A DNA stretch of 64,000 nt, taken from the NCBI GenBank assembly GCA_044376115.1, contig JBILLK010000007.1, positions 224,001 to 288,000 of the forward strand, given 5' to 3'. Below the pieces are notes generated by a model. That model was given only the letters and a program-made list of their open reading frames with translations. It did not search any database and was not told the origin of the DNA. Shown piece after piece: positions 1 through 9,040 of this stretch. Within the stretch, counting starts at the first letter, position 1, and every line of letters starts with the position of its first letter. Position numbers and translations under genes: made by a program. The stretch is from Polyangiaceae bacterium (GTDB lineage Bacteria; Myxococcota_A; Polyangia; Polyangiales; Polyangiaceae).

Positions 1-333
1 ACGTTGCGCGTGTTCGTCGACCGCAGTAGCCCGGCGGCTGGCGCAACCTGCGTGGACCCGCTGGCCCTCTTCGGTGATTGCCAAGACCGGACCACGTTCG
101 ACATTACGTTGCCGATCGGTTGGCAAGGGCCGGGGACCTACGATCTTCTCGGGAGCGATATCATCGTCAACGAAGCTACATCGCTCGTCGGCGAAGCCGA
201 GTGCACGCGGGCCGAGAGCTCGTGGACGAGCGGCCAGCTCGAGATCATCGCCAATACGCCAACCCTGCTTCATGTGGTTCTCGACGATGGCGCGGGCACC
301 GTGGTGGACGCCATCGCCACGCGCTGCAACTGA
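1..333 (+). CDS. Hypothetical protein, C-terminal part (runs off window start)
   Basis: Open frame from base 1 to TGA 331-333 with GC3-rich codons; Cys-containing, likely secreted-type sequence. Confidence 0.6.
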   Translation, partial: TLRVFVDRSSPAAGATCVDPLALFGDCQDRTTFDITLPIGWQGPGTYDLLGSDIIVNEATSLVGEAECTRAESSWTSGQLEIIANTPTLLHVVLDDGAGTVVDAIATRCN

Positions 334-435
334 CCAACCGTTCTCGAGGTGGCCGCTTACGACTGAGGGTCCACCGCGTTTCGGATTATTTCGTTCGGCG
401 TGCAACTGAGTCAGCCTCTACCCCGTAAGCCGTAG

Positions 436-894
436 ATGGGGCCGGTACATACCTCCTCGAGTCTGACCGCGCGCTTCGCCCGGCAGCACCTTGAGCTCGG
501 TCGCCTCGCCAAGCTCCTGCTCGCCGAGCTCGATACACGGACTTTGGCGGTGGATGCGTCGCATGCGCGCCGCTCGCTGGCGACCTTCTCCGGCCAGCTG
601 CGCGTCCACGCAGCGATGGAGCAAGAGGCGCTCTATCCGCGGCTCTTGGCCTCGTCGGAGGCCAGCGTCGTGGCAAAAGCACAGAGCCTGCTGGCGGACG
701 TCGGCACCGTGTACGAGGCGTTCTTCGACTACCTGAAGGCCTACCCCGACGCCGCTTCGATCGAGGCTGATCCAGCCGAATTTTCGCGGCGCACGATGCA
801 GACGTTGTATCGCCTGCGCGTACGCATGAAGCGCGAAGACGACGAACTCTATCCGCTGGTCGAGCAGGTGTCGTCGGCGGGCGGCGGCCTCTAG
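436..894 (+). CDS. Hemerythrin/HHE cation-binding domain protein
   Basis: QH...HAAMEQEALYP...REDDELYP pattern typical of hemerythrin-like four-helix bundles; some His ligands appear replaced. Confidence 0.8.
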   Translation: MGPVHTSSSLTARFARQHLELGRLAKLLLAELDTRTLAVDASHARRSLATFSGQLRVHAAMEQEALYPRLLASSEASVVAKAQSLLADVGTVYEAFFDYLKAYPDAASIEADPAEFSRRTMQTLYRLRVRMKREDDELYPLVEQVSSAGGGL

Positions 895-898
895 CGAG

Positions 899-2599
899 CT
901 AGCGCTGGAGATCGATCACTTGCCCACCGCGGCTCAGCACCTCTTCACGCTGCGCTCCGAAGATCGGCGTGCGCGAGTTGACCACGACCTGCAGCGGCTC
1001 TCGAAGGTGAGCCGCAGCTTGCTCGCTGGCCCAGTGAATCGCCTGCCAAATGTCGCTGAGCGGGTTTGAAAAGACGCCACCGCCGATCAGCGTCAGCACA
1101 ACGCGTCTCTTGCCGACCGCGACGGCGGCGAGCAGGGTGCCGAGGTAGCTCGCGCGCAAGAGTTGCCGTCGCACCACGGCCAGTTCCTCCGAGCCGTCGT
1201 CGGGGCCGTAGCTGCCCTGCGCGATGGTGGAGGTCAGCACTTGGCAGATGGTCTTGTGGCCGACGACAGGGCCGCTCCAATCGTGGCCGAAGACCACCTC
1301 GATATCTTCGTGCAGACCAACGCGCGCATGCTCAAAACGATCGAGCAGCGCTTGAGCGAGAGCGGCCTTGTCGCGGATGGCGCTGCCTTGCAGATAGCCG
1401 CGACGGAGCTCGGCCACCTGCGGCTCGAAGACGTCCGCAAGGAAGTTGAGCTGCTGCGCGTTGGTCTGCACAAATCGAGACCCCCGGCGATCGAGCGGCG
1501 CTGCATAGTGACGCAACAGCACGCCGGGAAAAGCCGAGATCGATGCGCGCGGACCTTGCGTGTAGTCGTGCAAGTAGTCGAGCACAGGCACCACGCAGGC
1601 ATCTGGCGCCTCGAGCCCGTTGAACTGCGACGCCACTTGGAACACATCGTTAGGTCCGGCGGTCGCTTGCAGCGTGCCGATGTCGCTGAGCGGATGGGCG
1701 CCGCTCAACACCGCGAGCGAGAGCTTTGCGGGGTATTGCGGCTTTGCGGGCAGACGGTGGCGCAGCTCGGCGATGCTCGGCGTGGAGAAGCGACCTGCAG
1801 CAAAGCTGCGTGCGGCGGCCTGCAGCGTGGCGAAGCCCTGCTCGTCGAAGCTGAAGGCTGCGGGGCCGCGCGCGCTCACTTCGGCCTCCACCGCCGCGAC
1901 GAGTTCAGCGACCGCCGGTTTGCTTTGTTCGCCAGCTCCGAGGGCGCGCTTCGCCAACGCTGGCCAACCCTCGCGCGGCCCGAACAAGGTTTCGAACCAG
2001 GAGCGACTTTCGCTGGCCGCTTGCTTCGCCGGCGCAAAGTCGCTCCCGGCCGAGTTCGCGGCGGCCGGCTTGCAGAAGCTGCGGATGTATCGCTTTTGTG
2101 CGTCGTTCTCGGGGCAAAGCGGATCTTGGCGGACGCGCACCAAGGTGGAAAGGATGGTCTCGTAGGGGAGGCCGCGGCGGGCGAGGTAGCAGCCGGCGAT
2201 GGTGCCGGTGCGACCGAGGCCGCCCATGCAGTGGATGACGATTCGGCCGCCCGCAGCCTCGTGCGCATCGATCGCGGTGAGCAAGGCTTCGACCTCGCTG
2301 CGTTGCGCTGGGACGCCACCGTCGGGGATGGGCAAACGTTTGACCGCCAACCCAAGTTCGGCGGCGCGTGGGTACAACTCGCTCAGGTTGTACGAAAGCT
2401 CGCTGTCCTCGATCAGGCCGACCAACATGGTGACGCCTTGGCGCTTGAGCTCCTGCAGATCCAGCTCGAGGTCGCGCGCCCACCTGAAGCCGCGCGTGCT
2501 GTCGCGGTGCTGCCCTGGAGCGAGGGTCAGTCCCACGCGCGAGGGTGGATCGAGCCAGTCGATGCGCAGAGGGTAGGCGAGGGAGGTGCGCAGTTGCAT
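899..2599 (-). CDS. Dual-specificity/CDKN3-like Cys phosphatase fused to an uncharacterised (putative macro/PARG-like) domain
   Basis: ATG at 2599 (MQLRTS); LPIPDGGVP acid loop and HCMGGLGRTG (CX5R); C-terminal FQVASQFN...TQGP...LTLIGGGVFSN. Confidence 0.8.
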   Translation of the reverse strand: MQLRTSLAYPLRIDWLDPPSRVGLTLAPGQHRDSTRGFRWARDLELDLQELKRQGVTMLVGLIEDSELSYNLSELYPRAAELGLAVKRLPIPDGGVPAQRSEVEALLTAIDAHEAAGGRIVIHCMGGLGRTGTIAGCYLARRGLPYETILSTLVRVRQDPLCPENDAQKRYIRSFCKPAAANSAGSDFAPAKQAASESRSWFETLFGPREGWPALAKRALGAGEQSKPAVAELVAAVEAEVSARGPAAFSFDEQGFATLQAAARSFAAGRFSTPSIAELRHRLPAKPQYPAKLSLAVLSGAHPLSDIGTLQATAGPNDVFQVASQFNGLEAPDACVVPVLDYLHDYTQGPRASISAFPGVLLRHYAAPLDRRGSRFVQTNAQQLNFLADVFEPQVAELRRGYLQGSAIRDKAALAQALLDRFEHARVGLHEDIEVVFGHDWSGPVVGHKTICQVLTSTIAQGSYGPDDGSEELAVVRRQLLRASYLGTLLAAVAVGKRRVVLTLIGGGVFSNPLSDIWQAIHWASEQAAAHLREPLQVVVNSRTPIFGAQREEVLSRGGQVIDLQR

Positions 2600-2710
2600 G
2601 CGCGAAGCATAGCCAGCCGCGCGTGGCAGCGGTGGGTTGCCGAAATGCCCCATGAGGCGACTGCGCACACGCTGGCTGCGAGCAGCGACGATTAACGCAG
2701 CTTTCTCTGG

Positions 2711-2726
2711 TGGTGCTGCTCTTGCT
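2711..2726 (+). promoter_or_regulatory. Candidate sigma54 -24/-12 promoter
   Basis: TGGTGCTGCTCTTGCT = GG-N10-GC with TTGCT at -12, 11 nt before ATG 2738. Confidence 0.45.
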
Positions 2727-2737
2727 GCACGGCCGGC

Positions 2738-3031
2738 ATGATCAACGCAACGCCCGGCATAAGCGCCGCGAGTTTGAAGCCGCTCACGACCGAACTCAGC
2801 GGCTGGGAGAATGAGGGCGGCTCTCCTGCGCCTCGGCCTGTTCGTAAGGTGGAAGTGCCCAGCCGTCTCGTGCGCACGCTCCAGGGCTTGCGTAGCGCTG
2901 CACAAGAACATCCGTACCTAACGTTGGGCGCGGCCTTCAGCGTCGGCCTTTTGCTCGGCACGCGACCACGCGCAAAGACCTTGGTGCGGCTCGCCACCAA
3001 GGTCTTTCTTTTCACGCTGCGCGCGGGTTGA
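2738..3031 (+). CDS. Small membrane protein with DUF883/ElaB-like C-terminal helix
   Basis: QEHPYLTLGAAFSVGLLLG resembles the ElaB/YqjD C-terminal anchor. Confidence 0.5.
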   Translation: MINATPGISAASLKPLTTELSGWENEGGSPAPRPVRKVEVPSRLVRTLQGLRSAAQEHPYLTLGAAFSVGLLLGTRPRAKTLVRLATKVFLFTLRAG

Positions 3032-3036
3032 GCGGC

Positions 3037-3936
3037 TCAGTAGCCGGTGCGACGGATGCCGTGGTAGGCGTTCGTCGCGGTGCGTAGACCTTCGATGCAA
3101 CCGGCCGAGCAGCCTTTGCATTCGTAGGCGTACATCGAGCCCCAGCCGTCGCCGGAGCCGTACATGAAGATGTGACCGGCGCCGTTGCTGCGGTAAACCA
3201 TCGCGTCAGCCTCGAGCAGGCTGTCACGCGAGACCGTCTTCCATTGGCTGGTGTCGCTGTTGAAGTCGGCCGTACTGTAGGGGTGCTCGTCGTCGCTCAT
3301 CACCGTGTTCGACGAGGGGACCTGCCAAACTTTGGCAGCGAGACCGGAGCAGTCACCGCCGTATTGGCCGCTGTGGCTGCAGTTGGGGCAGCTGCCAGAG
3401 CAAGAGCCCTCGTTCGATGCGGTCACGCCGTTCTCGGCGAAGCGGCCGTGTCCCCACCAGTAGGAGAAGCCCATGGCAATCTTGGCGCGAGCGATGGCTT
3501 GGGCGCGCTTCGAGCCGCCGGGGTTCTGGGGGTCTTGCGGGTCTTGCGGATCCGCGGGGTCTTCAGCCGGGGGCTGCGGTGCGGACACAAGCTCGAGGTA
3601 CTGCCCGTAAGCCCAACCGACGGTGCCGTTGTGCTTCACTTTGTAGAAGCCGTTCGAGGGCGCTGACTGCTCGACCGTCACCTTCGACCCGTTGGGGATG
3701 GTGTACATGATCGCCTTCGAGGTCGACGGGCCCTTGCGCAGGTTCAGGTTGGCCGTGGTCTTGAGCGTGGAGCCGACGGGAACCGAGCTCGACAACGCGT
3801 CCGAGTTTTGGACCGACTCATCGGCGCCTTGGAGGGCCTCGTCATCAAGCGTTCCTCCTCCCGGGGTGCAAGCGGTGGCAACGACCAGGGCGGCGGGTGC
3901 AACGAGAAGCATCAGTCGGCGTAGGTTGGCGTACAT
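3037..3936 (-). CDS. Lipoprotein with SH3b domain and NlpC/P60-like C-terminal domain (peptidoglycan hydrolase)
   Basis: Lipobox VATAC; LNLRKGPST...GWAYGQYL SH3; YWWG...DCSGL...GHI catalytic Cys/His pattern. Confidence 0.75.
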   Translation of the reverse strand: MYANLRRLMLLVAPAALVVATACTPGGGTLDDEALQGADESVQNSDALSSSVPVGSTLKTTANLNLRKGPSTSKAIMYTIPNGSKVTVEQSAPSNGFYKVKHNGTVGWAYGQYLELVSAPQPPAEDPADPQDPQDPQNPGGSKRAQAIARAKIAMGFSYWWGHGRFAENGVTASNEGSCSGSCPNCSHSGQYGGDCSGLAAKVWQVPSSNTVMSDDEHPYSTADFNSDTSQWKTVSRDSLLEADAMVYRSNGAGHIFMYGSGDGWGSMYAYECKGCSAGCIEGLRTATNAYHGIRRTGY

Positions 3937-3971
3937 TGTCGGCGTCGCTCTCTTTTAGGGACGAGGTTGCG

Positions 3972-4002
3972 TGGCACGTCTCCTTCATCAATCAACGTGC
4001 CA
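3972..4002. promoter_or_regulatory. Inverted TGGCACGT...ACGTGCCA pair; two opposed sigma54-like -24 boxes
   Basis: 8-bp inverted repeat with 15-nt spacer between divergent genes; minus-strand copy reads TGGCACG-TTGA-TTGAT. Confidence 0.45.
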
Positions 4003-4038
4003 ATGAAGACCGGATCCAGCGTTAAGGTCGGTACAGGA

Positions 4039-5100
4039 ATGCGCAAAAGTACGTGGTTGGTCGTGGGTGTAGGTGTGGTGGCTACGGCAGCGCTCATCGG
4101 CCGTTCGTGTGCTCGTCCAGTAACGCCGCAGAAAACCGCGGAGACGGTCGAAACCGCGGGAACTACAGTGATTCCGCGTACCCACAAACGAATACCTGGC
4201 CCTCAAACATCAGCCAAATCTTCGGCCTTAACACCTACATCGCGCCAGGATCGGAAGTCCCCCTGGGGTGGGGGCAAGGATGCTCTGGGGCGTGATCAGC
4301 CAAGTGAGGGAAGCCCAAGTGGGCCGATGAGCTTCACTATGGGACCCGGTGGCAAGATGTATGTGCTCGATCAGGTCAATGATCGGGTCGTGAAGATCGG
4401 CCCCGACGGCACCCGCACCGCGTTGCCCATCGCGGCTCCAACGACGCAAGACCTCGTCGTGGGCGCTGACGGAACGATGGCGCTCTTGGATCGCTTTCAA
4501 GGCAAAGAGGTGGCGCTCTACGACGACCAAGGCAACCCGATCGGCGCGCTGCCGCTGGTAGGCGAGGGGCTCGACAACCCTGGCCTCGTGACCGGCGTCT
4601 TCGTCGATGGCACCGATGTTTACGCCGAGCGCGAACACGGGCCGCTGGTCAAAGTGGGGACCACCGATGGCAAGCCGGCCGAGCCCCGCAGCGAGATTCC
4701 GGGACGTCCAACGCGAGACGGGAAGGCCTTCATCAAAGCCGGAATCATCGATGCGCCGACGGGGCGTGCTTACGTGGCCGCCAACGCGCGGCCGTCGGAA
4801 GAGCACATGTACACGCGCGAGTTGAAGCTGGAGGCGCCGATTCACTCGATTCAGCTGCTCGACACGGATCTGTCCGGGCAGATTTATTTTGCGGCGCAGG
4901 TCGAGGAGGAAGGCAACGACGTGATCCTGCTGGTCTGCTTGGAGCAACAAACCGGTGTTGCCGCGGGCACCGCGATCTTGCCGGCCAACACCCTCCCGGA
5001 GGAGAGCTTCCGCGACTTGATCGTGCTCGACGAGGGCGGCGTGATGCTCTCGTTGCGCAGCGAAGAGGGCGTCAGCTACCAATATTTTGACTGCGAGTAA
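4039..5100 (+). CDS. Membrane-anchored beta-propeller (NHL-like) protein
   Basis: N-terminal hydrophobic segment; GPMSF...MYVLDQVNDRV NHL-type blade; start chosen at ATG 4039. Confidence 0.65.
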   Translation: MRKSTWLVVGVGVVATAALIGRSCARPVTPQKTAETVETAGTTVIPRTHKRIPGPQTSAKSSALTPTSRQDRKSPWGGGKDALGRDQPSEGSPSGPMSFTMGPGGKMYVLDQVNDRVVKIGPDGTRTALPIAAPTTQDLVVGADGTMALLDRFQGKEVALYDDQGNPIGALPLVGEGLDNPGLVTGVFVDGTDVYAEREHGPLVKVGTTDGKPAEPRSEIPGRPTRDGKAFIKAGIIDAPTGRAYVAANARPSEEHMYTRELKLEAPIHSIQLLDTDLSGQIYFAAQVEEEGNDVILLVCLEQQTGVAAGTAILPANTLPEESFRDLIVLDEGGVMLSLRSEEGVSYQYFDCE

Positions 5101-5157
5101 TGCCTCGCTTCGTGAAACTCGACGCGGCCGCCGAGGCCTGATAGCCAACGAGAGCCA

Positions 5158-5535
5158 GTGACAGCGCTCTACTTTATCGCCACCGAGTTCGACTTCGACC
5201 CGGAGGATGACGACTTCCTGGCGATGGTGTTCCTAAAAGGCACGCGCGGAAGTGTGCGTGAATACCTGTGCCTTACCCGCTTCACCGACGAGCAAGACGA
5301 CGGACGCATCTCGATTGAGGTGAGCGAGCAGACTCGGCAAACCTACGACGGGATCGTGCGTTGTACGTTGGCGTTGGGCGGGCTCTCGCTCGAGCTGACG
5401 GAGGAGGCCCGTCGCGCGTTGGGCACCAGCAGCGTGGCCATCGGCTTCGCGCTCGAGCCCGAGCTGTTCGACCGCCTACACGCAGCGCTGCGCTCGATCT
5501 TTCGTGATCGCAAAGGCGTGCTCGTACTCGTCTAG
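5158..5535 (+). CDS. Imm10-like polymorphic toxin immunity protein
   Basis: Acidic 125 aa; YLxLxR...DEQD...IE...Q...Y.GI..C.L...L..AL..IF pattern recalled for Imm10. Confidence 0.6.
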   Translation: MTALYFIATEFDFDPEDDDFLAMVFLKGTRGSVREYLCLTRFTDEQDDGRISIEVSEQTRQTYDGIVRCTLALGGLSLELTEEARRALGTSSVAIGFALEPELFDRLHAALRSIFRDRKGVLVLV

Positions 5536-6041
5536 CGGCGGCTTCGCCGGGCGGCGGGCGCGCTCGCAGCCAGCTTTTCTTGCTCAGCGAGTTGGGCCTT
5601 TGCTTCGCGTGCTCCTCGAGCGGCTAGCGCGTCGGCGCGCTCATTGCCCGCGTTGCCGTTGTGAGCGCGCAGCCAACGAAAGCTCGCGTTCAGCTTCCGC
5701 TCATGCAGCGCGCTCGCGATTCGGCGCACGCTCTCCACGATCGTTGGGTCGACCTTGGTGAAGCCGCCGAGCGCCCAGCTCGCGAGGCGCTTCTCAAGGT
5801 TCTCCACGAGCGCTTGGTTGTCGGAAAAGACGTTGACCGTCGAGCCTTCGGGTACCACCGCCAAGGCCTCGGCGACGGCCTGGTACTCCATCACCTTCGC
5901 CAAGGTGTTGACGGCGCTGCCATAGCCTTCGCTGAAGGGCCCGCTGGCCGTGCGCAAGACGAAGCCCCAGCCGCCGGGCGCCTGGTGACCCGCTTTGCAC
6001 GATCCGTCGGTGTAGCAGAAGAGCTCGCTTGGCTTGCTCAC
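5532..6041 (-). CDS. rnhA: Ribonuclease HI
   Basis: YTDGSC, GGWG, MEY, FSDN, WLRAHNGNAGNERADALA: all DEDD residues plus His present. Confidence 0.85.
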   Translation of the reverse strand: MSKPSELFCYTDGSCKAGHQAPGGWGFVLRTASGPFSEGYGSAVNTLAKVMEYQAVAEALAVVPEGSTVNVFSDNQALVENLEKRLASWALGGFTKVDPTIVESVRRIASALHERKLNASFRWLRAHNGNAGNERADALAARGAREAKAQLAEQEKLAASAPAARRSRR

Positions 6042-6068
6042 GTTCCCTCGCTCAAGGCGAGCGCCTCC

Positions 6069-7163
6069 TCACTTGGAGCCGAATACTACGGCCTTGTTGC
6101 GTACGACTTTGCTGATGAACGCATCCTCGATCTTCGCGTTGATGGTCTTCTTGGCCTGGTCCCGATTGTACTCGCTGAGCTTACCTTGCAGGTCCACGCG
6201 ATCGCCGACCTCGAGCTTGAGCGGTACAGCGTTGGTCGCGACGGTGATGGTGATCTTGGTCTCCACCCGCTTGTACGAACAATCCTGAATCACGTCGGGC
6301 ACGCCGCCGCTGGTCCCGACGACCGATTTGCAGTTATAGGGCTCGCTCGCGATCTTGGCTCCGACGAGAGTGAAGCCGGTGCTGCTCACCGCGGTCACCT
6401 TCTTCTCGGTGCTGCCGTGGGCCACGTTCGCTCCATCCCCCTCCGAGTTGATCCAAACGGTGGCTCCAACGGTGGGCCCAGCGTCGATCGAGCGTTGGCC
6501 TTCCTCGGACGGCTTTTCGTACAAGGCGGTGGCAACCTTGGTTCCAGCCTCGCGCGCCGCCTCGAGCTCTTGGCGCCGCGCCTTCGGCAGCGGGAAGCTA
6601 TCGGTGAGGTCCTCGGAGGTTAGGTACCGGATCCCGAGCGAGCTGTACTCGCCCTTCGAAGCACCGAGGAGGAAGCGATCGTGTTCTTCCTCTTTTGATC
6701 CGAGCGCCCGGCCATGCTTCGTGAAGCCCGTGTCGATGCCGAGCGAAACCATGAAAGGGTAGGTCGCAAACTCGACCTTGGCAGCGCGATGAATCTCCGC
6801 TGCGGCCGCAGCGATCGGGAACTGCAGAAGGTAGACGTTCTCCGGCTTCTTCGCCGCAGCGTTGCTCGCCGTCTTCGTCCACAACGCGCGCAGCGCCTCG
6901 GTTTTCTCATAGTGGTTGCCCGAGGAGGCTTTGATCGTCTGCACCTCTTTGGTCAGCTGGCTCGAGAGCGGCTCGATCTCGGCCCACCACGTGGGAAACG
7001 CAGCATCGGCCTCGGTCAGCCACTTGGTGGCTCCTGGGCTCGCGCCGGCGGTGGAACTACCGGTGCTGGCTTGGTTGGGCGAGCCAGTGCCGAGACCTTC
7101 GACCTTGAACAGGCTGCAGTTGGTGAGTGCGATCAGGCAGGAGGCGACGATCAGGTTCTTCAT
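6069..7163 (-). CDS. Hypothetical lipoprotein, possible C-terminal OB fold
   Basis: ATG 7163 after AAGGA; MKNLIVASCLIALTNC lipobox; LEVGDRVDLQGKL resembles an OB-fold strand. Confidence 0.65.
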   Translation of the reverse strand: MKNLIVASCLIALTNCSLFKVEGLGTGSPNQASTGSSTAGASPGATKWLTEADAAFPTWWAEIEPLSSQLTKEVQTIKASSGNHYEKTEALRALWTKTASNAAAKKPENVYLLQFPIAAAAAEIHRAAKVEFATYPFMVSLGIDTGFTKHGRALGSKEEEHDRFLLGASKGEYSSLGIRYLTSEDLTDSFPLPKARRQELEAAREAGTKVATALYEKPSEEGQRSIDAGPTVGATVWINSEGDGANVAHGSTEKKVTAVSSTGFTLVGAKIASEPYNCKSVVGTSGGVPDVIQDCSYKRVETKITITVATNAVPLKLEVGDRVDLQGKLSEYNRDQAKKTINAKIEDAFISKVVRNKAVVFGSK

Positions 7164-7303
7164 GGGGTTCCTTGCGAAGGTTGCGCCCTTGATACGCCGC
7201 TGTTCGGAGCACCCCCCATCGGGTTCTTTGAACCACGAATGCAGCAAGTGGACCGTGGTTTGTGCCGGATGGTCCGGATCTCCCTTCGGGTTTGCAACCT
7301 CCG

Positions 7304-8338
7304 TCAGGGAAGCTTGACCCAACACGCGAGCGCGTCGGCGCAGCGAGCCTCCCCGAGGTCCTCGCGCGCGCCACGCAACGCTGCTGCGAGTTTGATGGCG
7401 TGGTCGTCGAGCGAGGCCACGGCTTGCCGCAGCAAGCTCGCGAAGGAGTCGCTCGTACGCCTTGGTTCAACGAATGGGTAGCGGCCGACGAAGGCGACGC
7501 GCATGGCGAGCAGCGCGTGCGCCGCATAGTTCGCGAGTTCACGGGCTTGCGGATCGGGAAGGGCCCGCCCAAGCGTGAGCGCCGCATCCATCCCAGTGAC
7601 CACATGCAGCATGGTGAAGGTGTTCAGCGGCAGGTACTCCGCTTGCAGCAACAGGTCGACAGCGGCCCGCCGCAGCTCGCGCAAGGCATGCTCGGGGTTC
7701 TCGGGCAGCTCCAGGGCTTCGGCTACGTTGGCGAGTTGCGAATGGGCGCGTGCGCGCCGGGCCAGCGCCGTCGAGATGAGGCCGCTGCGGGTCTCCAAGG
7801 CCTCTGGCGAAGGCTCGAGCGCGTGCAGCGCTTGTTGCAGGCTGAGGCGAGGGGCTTCAGTTGCAGCTCGCGCCTGCGGCAGGACTTCAGCGCGCACGCA
7901 GGCGTAGGCGAGGGCTTTGGCCAGCTCGTCGCGTCGAAGCCCTAGCGAGGTCGGGCTTTCGGAGTTGGCGCGGGTAAACGAGCGCTGCGCATGGGCCAGT
8001 CGGATCAGCCCGTGGAAGGCCGCACCTGCGAGGCCCGGCGCATAGCGTGGGAACCACTCGAGCAGCACCTGCGGCGCGCCCTTTTGCCGTAGCTCGTCAC
8101 GAGCCTGTGTAACCAGCTCCGCGTAGTTGCCCAGGCCGGGCTCCGGCTGTGCACCGAGCTTGCGCAGCTTGGGCAGCGTCTTTGCGAGGAAGGGCTCGAT
8201 GGCTTCGGTCGATTCCAGCCGGTCCAGTGCCTCGAGCACCATCGGAGCATGGTCGGAGAGCTCGGCGCCGTACTCCGGGCTTAGATCACGCAGGGCAAGG
8301 AGTCCGGCATCGACGGCTGCAATGGCTTGGTTGTGCAT
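7304..8338 (-). CDS. Questin oxidase family protein (DUF4243)
   Basis: SDHAPMVLEAL, AGAAFHGLIRLAHA, LHVVTG, DDHAIKL motifs. Confidence 0.75.
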   Translation of the reverse strand: MHNQAIAAVDAGLLALRDLSPEYGAELSDHAPMVLEALDRLESTEAIEPFLAKTLPKLRKLGAQPEPGLGNYAELVTQARDELRQKGAPQVLLEWFPRYAPGLAGAAFHGLIRLAHAQRSFTRANSESPTSLGLRRDELAKALAYACVRAEVLPQARAATEAPRLSLQQALHALEPSPEALETRSGLISTALARRARAHSQLANVAEALELPENPEHALRELRRAAVDLLLQAEYLPLNTFTMLHVVTGMDAALTLGRALPDPQARELANYAAHALLAMRVAFVGRYPFVEPRRTSDSFASLLRQAVASLDDHAIKLAAALRGAREDLGEARCADALACWVKLP

Positions 8339-8381
8339 GCCCCAAAGCCTAGGTTGCTCGTTCTAAAAAAGTAGCGAGCGT

Positions 8382-8463
8382 GTCGATACGTTGGAATGCT
8401 TCTGCTCGGTCGGAAAACAGCTCTTCGGGCTGCCTCTCTTGAGCTTCGTCTAAGCTGCGCGTC
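8382..8463 (+). pseudogene. Frameshifted N-terminal remnant of a LysR-type HTH
   Basis: Reads VDTLECFCSVGKQL then, after a frameshift, RAASLELRLSCAS, resembling the LysR start L..F..V....SF..AA..L..S; divergent from the questin oxidase gene. Confidence 0.45.
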
Positions 8464-8465
8464 GA

Positions 8466-9035
8466 ATGAAACTGAAGCTCAGACCACGTGCATCGCTGCT
8501 CGTGGCCCTCCTCGGCTGTGGAGCTCCTGCGGCTCCCGGTACGAAGCTCGCTGCAACGGCCTCTTCGCCGACGGCTGCGGTGGTAACGGTTCCTGAGCTT
8601 GCTCCTGGTGCGCTGCGCCTTGCCGTTGGCGACGAGCATGTCTGTCAGCTGCTCGACGACGGCGCCGTTCGCTGCTCCGGGGACAACCGCTTGGATCAGC
8701 TTGGGAACGGCTTTTCACCCTTTCAGCTCGAGCCGGCCGAGGTTCCGGGCCTCAGCGAGGTGACCGACGTAGCCATGTTTGACGCGCTGACCTGTGCGCT
8801 CGATGCGCGCGGCAAGGTGTTTTGTTTTGGTGATCGCGTGCCTGTTCCGACCGAGCTGCCCCTGCCCAAGGTGGTCGCGATGATGGCGGGGCAGGGGAAG
8901 TTGCTGGTGCAGCTCGCGGACGGGCGTTTTGGTCGGGTCCAACGCTACAAGTTGTTCGAGCAGGGGCAACGCATCGACCTAGCCGGTGGACCAAGCTTCC
9001 GCGATGCGCGGCTCGCTGCAGATGCCAACGTCTAC
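8466..9035 (+). pseudogene. RCC1/BLIP-II repeat lipoprotein, truncated
   Basis: LLGC lipobox; LAVGDEHVCQLLDDGAVRCSGDNRLDQLGNG and TCALDARGKVFCFG repeats; only about 2-3 blades before unrelated sequence (ORF nominally runs to 9173). Confidence 0.6.
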
Positions 9036-9040
9036 TTGCG

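Noticed and set aside
1163..2695. 510-aa plus-strand ORF
   Set aside because: Shadow of the phosphatase fusion gene
5532..6041. RNase H as part of a retroelement/retron
   Set aside because: No reverse transcriptase, integrase or msr/msd-like structure seen nearby
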